Part shown: one piece after another, positions 37,709 to 43,662 of the stretch
How the letters are laid out: each line of letters opens with the position of its first letter
Position numbering within the stretch: position 1 is the stretch's first letter
Origin: an uncultured Bacteroidaceae bacterium
GTDB lineage: Bacteria > Bacteroidota > Bacteroidia > Bacteroidales > GCA-2748055
Length of the DNA stretch: 43,662 bases
Direction: 5' to 3'
Assembly: GCA_964454295.1 (NCBI GenBank)
Contig: CAYVTV010000003.1
Coordinates: forward strand, 1-43,662
Notes under the pieces: model-generated
Databases searched by the model: none
What the model was told of the DNA's origin: nothing
What the model saw: only the letters and a program-made list of their open reading frames with translations
Position numbers and translations under genes: made by a program

Positions 37709-40243
37709 ATGTTTAATAAGATAAAAGTTTTTCTGCATGGACAGGCTATAACTGTATTATTACAGATATTGCTGATCATACTGTCATATTCATGTGCAAA
37801 AAAGGAAACGGCTGTAAGTTATGATTTTAATAATGTCCCTGACCGGATTTGGATTGGGGATGATTTTTGGACAGTTCCGCTGGAGGACTGGCATGTAAAT
37901 AGCGGTAAAGTTAACTGCCAGAGTCAAATTCAGGGAGCAACCCTTTCGGTCCTTTCTTATGTGTTAAGCGATAAAAAGGAGGATTTCAATATTTCTCTGG
38001 ATATGGGATTATTAAATCCCGGTAAAAACAAAGGTTCTTCAGGTTTAACAATTGGTGCAGAAGCTTCGGAAGAGAAGGACATTCGGGCGGCCGTATATTT
38101 TGGAAAAGGGATCAACATGGGGGTCAGTACAGAGGGATATGCATTTCTCGGACAACAGACAAAACCTTTGCCTGACAGGTTTGATTATAATAAGTTTCAC
38201 CTTCGGGTGAAAGGGGTAAGGTATAAGGAAGGGTATAACTTAACCATGCGAATTTCTGATGATAGCGACAGTGATTTACTGGAAATATTGATTTATACTG
38301 AAGATCCTGTTGCCGGAATAGTTCAGATGGTCAATAATTTCAGGGATTCAAAATCGGCAGATAAAGGTCCTCAATTTTGGTTCGACAATATAAAATTAAG
38401 CGGAAGAAAATTCAGATTTTGTCCTGAGAAGAGATTTGGGCCTGTATTATGGACAATGTATACCTTAAGTGGAAATGTCCTCAAAATGACTGCTCAATTA
38501 CCACCGATAGGTAATTCCGAAAATGGGGAGGCCATCTTACAGGTCAGCAACGGAAAGGATTGGGTGTCTGTTGCAAAGGCAAATATGGATCCGGACGCAA
38601 GAACAGTAACATGGAAATTGGAAAACTGGAATCCTGCAGTTGAAAAGGATTATCGTGTGTTATTTGAATATATTGACGGGAAAGGAGTTTTACAGCTTGC
38701 CGAATATACAGGGATCATTTGCAAAGATCCGGTGAACAGAGATCTGCGTATGGGAGCTCTTACCTGTCAGTATTATTATGGATTTCCTTATTCTCCTCTG
38801 GTAAAGAATCTGAGATTAAGCAAACCGGATATATTATATTTTTCAGGTGATCAGATTTATGAATCGAATGGAGGGTATCCAATAAAACGTGAACCTGAAG
38901 ATAAAGCTATTTTGAGTTACCTTGGAAAGTGGTATATGTTTGGGTGGGCATTTGGCGACCTGATGCGAAATGTTCCAACGATATGTACTCCTGATGATCA
39001 TGATGTTTTTCATGGAAATGTATGGGGTGAGGGAGGTGCATTGAAAATTTCTTCAGGAGATGATGTGGCCGGGTTTATACAGACAGTTAGTATGTTGAAT
39101 GCAGTAAACCGCACTCAATGCGCACATTTGCCTGATCCGTACGATCCTTCCCCAATGGATCGGGGCATTAGTGTTTGGTATACTTCATTAACCTACGGCA
39201 GGATCAGTTTTGCCATTGTCAGCGACAGGTACTTTAAAAGTGGTCCTGAAAATGTTGCTACATGGGAAGGGCGAAAAGATCATTTAAAGGAACCTTTGGT
39301 TGATGATACTTCCGGACTTGACAACCCTGGCCTTGAAATGCTGGGCAAACGTCAGGAAGCATTTCTTGAAGAGTGGATATATGATTGGAGTAATGCAGAT
39401 ATGAAGGTACTGCTTTCTCAAACCATATTTGCCAATGTAGCTACTCATCACGGGAAGTATGATTCATTTCTTTATGGTGACCTTGATTCAAACGGATGGC
39501 CTAAAACTGCCCGTGACAGGGTACTGCGGATATTACGCAAAGCCTTTGTTTTTCATATAGCCGGTGACCAGCATTTACCTTCCATTGTGCAATATGGTAT
39601 TGATGACTTTCGTGATGCTGGCTGGTGTTATGTCACTCCCGCAATAGCAGTGGGATATTCCCGATGGTTCCGGCCTGATGACATGAATTTCCCGGTTAAA
39701 AACCGTCCTGATCATGGATATCCAAATACTGGTGAATATACTGATGCATTTGGTAATAATAATTACGTATATGCTATTGGAAACCCTGTAAATTTTTCAC
39801 ATACCGGCGACCGCTATCAACTGGCCCATATTAAATCCTCTGGTTTTGGCATGGTTATTTTTAATAAAAATGAAAGGAAAATAACAATAGAATCATGGCG
39901 ATTTCTTGCCAATATTAATAAACAGGGAAAGGAAGACCAGCATCCAGGATGGCCATGCACTATACATCAGTATGATAACTTCGGGAAGAAACCTGCAGCC
40001 TGGCTGCCAAAACTTAAAATTTCCGGAGGTGCTGATCCGGTTATCGAAGTTAGAAACAAGGAGAAAAATGAAACAGTGTATATTTTGAGAATAAAGGGGA
40101 ATGATTTTAAACCATGGGTGTTCGAAGACGGGACTTATGATGTTAAGGTAACTTACCCGGAAACAAATACTCATAAAATGATTTATGACTTAAATACTCG
40201 GGAACAGGGTAGCGATCAGGAATTAATTATTAGCATGGAATAA
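37709..40243 (+). CDS. PhoD-like metallophosphoesterase lipoprotein
   Basis: Lipobox SYSC and motifs FSGDQIYE, PDDHDV, SDR.FK, LGKRQ..FL, DLDSNGWP and GDQH. Confidence 0.82.
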   Translation: MFNKIKVFLHGQAITVLLQILLIILSYSCAKKETAVSYDFNNVPDRIWIGDDFWTVPLEDWHVNSGKVNCQSQIQGATLSVLSYVLSDKKEDFNISLDMGLLNPGKNKGSSGLTIGAEASEEKDIRAAVYFGKGINMGVSTEGYAFLGQQTKPLPDRFDYNKFHLRVKGVRYKEGYNLTMRISDDSDSDLLEILIYTEDPVAGIVQMVNNFRDSKSADKGPQFWFDNIKLSGRKFRFCPEKRFGPVLWTMYTLSGNVLKMTAQLPPIGNSENGEAILQVSNGKDWVSVAKANMDPDARTVTWKLENWNPAVEKDYRVLFEYIDGKGVLQLAEYTGIICKDPVNRDLRMGALTCQYYYGFPYSPLVKNLRLSKPDILYFSGDQIYESNGGYPIKREPEDKAILSYLGKWYMFGWAFGDLMRNVPTICTPDDHDVFHGNVWGEGGALKISSGDDVAGFIQTVSMLNAVNRTQCAHLPDPYDPSPMDRGISVWYTSLTYGRISFAIVSDRYFKSGPENVATWEGRKDHLKEPLVDDTSGLDNPGLEMLGKRQEAFLEEWIYDWSNADMKVLLSQTIFANVATHHGKYDSFLYGDLDSNGWPKTARDRVLRILRKAFVFHIAGDQHLPSIVQYGIDDFRDAGWCYVTPAIAVGYSRWFRPDDMNFPVKNRPDHGYPNTGEYTDAFGNNNYVYAIGNPVNFSHTGDRYQLAHIKSSGFGMVIFNKNERKITIESWRFLANINKQGKEDQHPGWPCTIHQYDNFGKKPAAWLPKLKISGGADPVIEVRNKEKNETVYILRIKGNDFKPWVFEDGTYDVKVTYPETNTHKMIYDLNTREQGSDQELIISME

Positions 40244-40268
40244 ATTCAGAATTATACTAACTAATGTT

Positions 40269-40276
40269 TATATTTG
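40269..40276 (+). promoter_or_regulatory. Bacteroidota -7 promoter element TATATTTG
   Basis: TAnnTTTG consensus about 55 bp upstream of the DUF151 gene. It marks the change to housekeeping genes. Confidence 0.5.
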
Positions 40277-40331
40277 TGTGATTTCTAAATATAATTGGTG
40301 TTGAAAATACCTTTTGCTGAATAACACAAGT

Positions 40332-40928
40332 ATGATTAAACTTAATGTTCTTGGGATCTCATATAGTCAGACGCAATCAGGAGCCTATGCATTAATTCTT
40401 ACGGAGGAAAAAGGCGACAGAAGGATCCCAATTATCGTAGGTGGTTTTGAAGCCCAGTCAATAGCTATTGAACTTGAGGGGCTTAAACCTCCAAGACCCT
40501 TAACTCATGATTTATTTCTGAATTTCGCAAGGTCATTTGGTATATCTATCCGTGAAGTGGTTATCTACAAGTTGGAGGAAGGAGTTTTCTATTCACAGAT
40601 ATTATGTGATAACGGACTGGAGAAGGTTACCCTCGATGCAAGGACATCAGATGCCATTGCGCTTGCATTACGCTTTAAATGTCCCATATATACAACGGAG
40701 GAAATAATAGCAAAGGCCGGTATCGTACTGGATTTTGAGAGGGAAGGCGAGACCTCAGACAAGCAGACTATAAAACAGGAACCTGTTCAGCCTCCAAAAA
40801 CAAGTAAGGAGTTTATAAAAAATTCCCTTGAAGAGTTGGAAGAGCTTCTCCAGGAAGCAGTAAGGAAAGAAGATTATGAAAGAGCATCTCTGATCAGGGA
40901 TGAAATAAACAAAAGAAAAAGGCAATAA
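40332..40928 (+). CDS. Bifunctional nuclease (DUF151) family protein with C-terminal UVR domain
   Basis: YALIL, RIPIIVGGFEAQSIA, PRPLTHDL, DARTSDAIALA and EDYERASLIRDEI. Confidence 0.93.
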   Translation: MIKLNVLGISYSQTQSGAYALILTEEKGDRRIPIIVGGFEAQSIAIELEGLKPPRPLTHDLFLNFARSFGISIREVVIYKLEEGVFYSQILCDNGLEKVTLDARTSDAIALALRFKCPIYTTEEIIAKAGIVLDFEREGETSDKQTIKQEPVQPPKTSKEFIKNSLEELEELLQEAVRKEDYERASLIRDEINKRKRQ

Positions 40929-40937
40929 CCTTTTCCG

Positions 40938-42461
40938 ATGATTAAAGGAATAAAACTATTAGTATGCGTGCTTTTTATCAGTTTTAACACGGGCACGCAT
41001 TTATTGTTTTCACAGGAACATAGCCGGACGGAGACAGATACAACAATTATAAATCACCAGGATGGGATATCAGCAGTAAATAAAAATAAGGTGCTGATAA
41101 GTTCAGCAGAATCATCCAAAACAGACAGAAGCAATCTGATCCCGATAAGAAAAAAATTCGCATTCAGCCTTCAGGGATTGCTTAGAGGACTCCTGGGAAT
41201 GTGTATTCTCATCTTTATCACTTACCTGCTGAGTGAAAATAAAAAGTCAATTTCATGGAAAATAGTGGGGCTTGGACTTCTTGCTCAGATAGTGATGGCT
41301 GTTTTAATACTTCAGGTGCCTGTGATCCAGTCCTTATTTGAGTTCTTCGGAAAGATTTTTGTGAAAATTCTTGACTTCACAAATGCGGGAACAGAATTTC
41401 TCTTTAAATCAATGGCAACAGGGCAGATAGAAGCCCCGCTACAAACATTTGCCATTAAGATCCTTCCAACCATAATATTTTTTTCTGCTATTACTTCTGT
41501 TTTGTTTTATTTTGGAGTTATTCAGAAGATTGTGTGGTTTCTGGCCTGGCTGCTTTCGCGGTTTTTAAAGATCTCCGGAGCCGAGAGCCTGTCAGTGGCC
41601 GGCAATATTTTCCTGGGTATGTCCGAGACGCCTTTGATGATAAAAGCATACCTCGAAAAAATGAACAGGTCGGAGATAATGCTGGTTATGTCCGGGGGTA
41701 TGGCAACCATGGCAGGAGGTGTTCTGGCGGTGTATATTAATTTTCTGGGGGGAGACGATCCGGCGCAAAAACTGGAATTTGCCAGGCATTTAATTGCCGC
41801 CTCCGTGATGGCAGCTCCGGGTATCGTTGTTGTCTCGAAAATGATGATTCCGCAGACGGCTCCGATAAATCGTGAAATAAAGGTGGATAAAAAGAAAGCA
41901 GGAAGCAATGTCCTTGATGCTATCGGTAATGGAACTTCTGAAGGTTTAAAACTGGCTGTGAATGTTGCCGCAATGCTACTGGTTTTTCTGGCTTTCCTGG
42001 CAATGCTTAATTATATCCTGAATTACGCCGGTAGTTGGATCCATATAAATGATTGGGTGGTAAATATTTCCGGGGGAAGATATGACCATCTTTCTTTGCA
42101 ATTTATTTTGGGACTGGTATTATCACCCCTGATGTGGATTCTGGGTGTAGGATCTGAAGACATTATGCTGGTGGGCTCACTGCTGGGAGAGAAACTGATC
42201 ATGACCGAATTTATCGGATATATAAGTCTTGCAGAATATAAGGCTGCAGGATTATTCGCAGACCCAAAATCAATAATTATGGCTACCTATATTCTGTGCG
42301 GCTTTGCAAATATTGCCTCCGTCGGGATACAGATAGCAGCTATCGGCGCCCTGGCTCCCAAACAGAAGGTTATGCTTTCCAGGCTGGGATTTAAAGCCCT
42401 CGTTGCCGGAGCCCTTGCGTCCCTCTTTTCTGCCGTGATTGTGGGAGTTATTTTAGGTTAA
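40938..42461 (+). CDS. nupC: CNT/NupC family Na+-dependent nucleoside transporter
   Basis: LPTIIFF, SGAESL..AGNIFLG.SE.PL, GMAT.AGGV, MAAPG and LCGFAN..S.GIQ. Confidence 0.92.
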   Translation: MIKGIKLLVCVLFISFNTGTHLLFSQEHSRTETDTTIINHQDGISAVNKNKVLISSAESSKTDRSNLIPIRKKFAFSLQGLLRGLLGMCILIFITYLLSENKKSISWKIVGLGLLAQIVMAVLILQVPVIQSLFEFFGKIFVKILDFTNAGTEFLFKSMATGQIEAPLQTFAIKILPTIIFFSAITSVLFYFGVIQKIVWFLAWLLSRFLKISGAESLSVAGNIFLGMSETPLMIKAYLEKMNRSEIMLVMSGGMATMAGGVLAVYINFLGGDDPAQKLEFARHLIAASVMAAPGIVVVSKMMIPQTAPINREIKVDKKKAGSNVLDAIGNGTSEGLKLAVNVAAMLLVFLAFLAMLNYILNYAGSWIHINDWVVNISGGRYDHLSLQFILGLVLSPLMWILGVGSEDIMLVGSLLGEKLIMTEFIGYISLAEYKAAGLFADPKSIIMATYILCGFANIASVGIQIAAIGALAPKQKVMLSRLGFKALVAGALASLFSAVIVGVILG

Positions 42462-42495
42462 AATATAATATCTCAATAGTTCATTAAATTAAAAT

Positions 42496-42627
42496 AAAAC
42501 GCAAAGGCGCAAAGGCGCAATATGTTGATTATTAACAACATGAGTAGTTTAAGCGTGAATTTCTGAAATATTAATTATCAGTGATTTGCGTTGTTGAGTT
42601 TCTATACACCTTTAGCCTTTGCGTTTT
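42496..42627. repeat. About 132-bp element bounded by inverted CGCAAAGG repeats (REP/MITE-like; may also terminate nupC)
   Basis: Left end AAAACGCAAAGGCGCAAAGG. Right end CCTTTAGCCTTTGCGTTTT (42609-42627), whose reverse complement is AAAACGCAAAGGCTAAAGG. Confidence 0.7.
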
Positions 42628-42657
42628 TTTTACATCATACATTCTATTGACATAATA

Positions 42658-43662
42658 ATGTGTAGTTATTCCCTTATAATTTATGTTTCTTTTTTTATTA
42701 CAATTCTCTATTCTTTCACTATTCTCCGGTTTCTCAGAGGCTGGAACAAAATACGGGCATATTCATCTTCTGTAACGGAGGAAAAAATTTTAGTCAGCGT
42801 CATTATACCTTTCAGGAATGAACGTGAAAATATTGAGCATAACTTCTTTTCTCTTCTAGCCCAGGATTATCCTCCCTCCTGCCTTGAAATAATATATGTT
42901 AATGATCATTCTGATGATGGTTCGGCTGAACGGCTTCAGGAACTGACAAACAAACACAGTCATTTCCGCGTTATTGATCTGGAGGTTTCCCGTACGGGGA
43001 AAAAGGCTGCATTGCTGGAAGGCGTCAAGGTATCAGGAGGAGAACTTGTACTATTTACAGATGCCGATTCCTTTCCGGTACGTACATGGGTAAATACCAT
43101 GGCCGCTTTTTTTATTCAACATCATCCGGTGATGATATCCGGGCCAGTTATTATGAGTGGGGGGAAGGGTTTTTTCAGCAGATTCCAGGCCCTTGAGTTT
43201 TTAAGTCTGGTGGGATCAGGAGCAGGCTCGTTCGGAATGGGTCACCCTGTGATGTGTAACGGTGCTAACCTGGGATATGACAGAGTTATATATTTAAAAT
43301 GCTCACATAAAATAAATCAGCAAGTCCCTTCAGGAGATGATATCTTTATGATGCTCTCATTAAAACAGGATTATAAGAGCAGGATGAGATTTATCAAGTC
43401 AACAGATGCAATCGTTTATACAAATCCTGTTAATTCGTTAAAGGGATTTTTTACCCAGAGAATGCGTTGGGTCTCCAAGACCTGGCATTACAGGGATTTT
43501 CATATTTTGATAACGGCGCTGACAGTTTTTGGGATCAATGTATTAATCCTGGGCTTAGCCGGGGTTTCATGCGTACAAATATTAATTATGTTATTACAAA
43601 TCAATAGGTTTTATTTGCCTATCGGCAATTGGGCATGGAACCCCCATGTTTGTTCATGTCTT
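42658..43662 (+). CDS. Glycosyltransferase family 2, membrane-bound; runs off the window end and is not in the ORF track
   Basis: Open frame from ATG 42658 with an N-terminal TM, VSVIIPFRNE, VNDHSDDGS, GKK.AL, FTDAD, MCNGANL, SGDD and QRMRW. Confidence 0.9.
   Translation, partial: MCSYSLIIYVSFFITILYSFTILRFLRGWNKIRAYSSSVTEEKILVSVIIPFRNERENIEHNFFSLLAQDYPPSCLEIIYVNDHSDDGSAERLQELTNKHSHFRVIDLEVSRTGKKAALLEGVKVSGGELVLFTDADSFPVRTWVNTMAAFFIQHHPVMISGPVIMSGGKGFFSRFQALEFLSLVGSGAGSFGMGHPVMCNGANLGYDRVIYLKCSHKINQQVPSGDDIFMMLSLKQDYKSRMRFIKSTDAIVYTNPVNSLKGFFTQRMRWVSKTWHYRDFHILITALTVFGINVLILGLAGVSCVQILIMLLQINRFYLPIGNWAWNPHVCSCL

Noticed and set aside
694-41908. The many short minus-strand and nested ORFs in the ORF track
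   Set aside because: They lie inside well-supported + strand genes and show no recognisable motifs, so they are treated as shadow ORFs.
40332-43662. DUF151, nupC and GT2 as members of the PUL
   Set aside because: They have their own -7 promoter element and look like ordinary Bacteroidota housekeeping genes. A link between nupC and the nucleoside-hydrolase-like domain is unsupported.

Overview
This window comes from a Bacteroidota genome, judged from SusC/SusD genes, T9SS C-terminal domains and TAnnTTTG promoters. All real genes are on the + strand. Positions 1-40243 form one very large polysaccharide-utilisation-type locus that starts before the window. In order it holds a sulfatase C-terminus, a divergent GH27, an orphan SusD, a T9SS beta-helix protein, a GH20-like enzyme, two tandem FISUMP-domain paralogs, a multidomain T9SS protein and a 73-aa FecR N-terminal stub. 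These are followed by a tandem susC-susD-susC-susD plus an accessory lipoprotein, GH109, a second GH20-like enzyme, an M23-PKD lipoprotein, GH31, a NagX/HGSNAT-like membrane protein, an NRAMP-like transporter, a NagB-like deaminase and a PhoD-like lipoprotein. Housekeeping genes (DUF151 nuclease, CNT/NupC transporter, partial GT2) start at about 40.3 kb. Reading the intergenic DNA shows features missing from the ORF track. These include a decayed sulfatase (about 8465-8790), a GH109 N-terminal remnant (14500-14655) and a bipartite ECF-type motif shared by the orphan susD and the fecR-susC unit. There are also a duplicated promoter/operator before the FISUMP pair and CGCAAAGG REP/MITE-like repeats. 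The most notable inferences are three. The FecR/SusC signalling chain appears to have lost both periplasmic halves. A co-regulated spare SusD may act as an alternative lid. The enzyme set could target amino-sugar- and phosphodiester-containing microbial cell-wall or surface polymers. All family calls come from motif recognition, not database searches.
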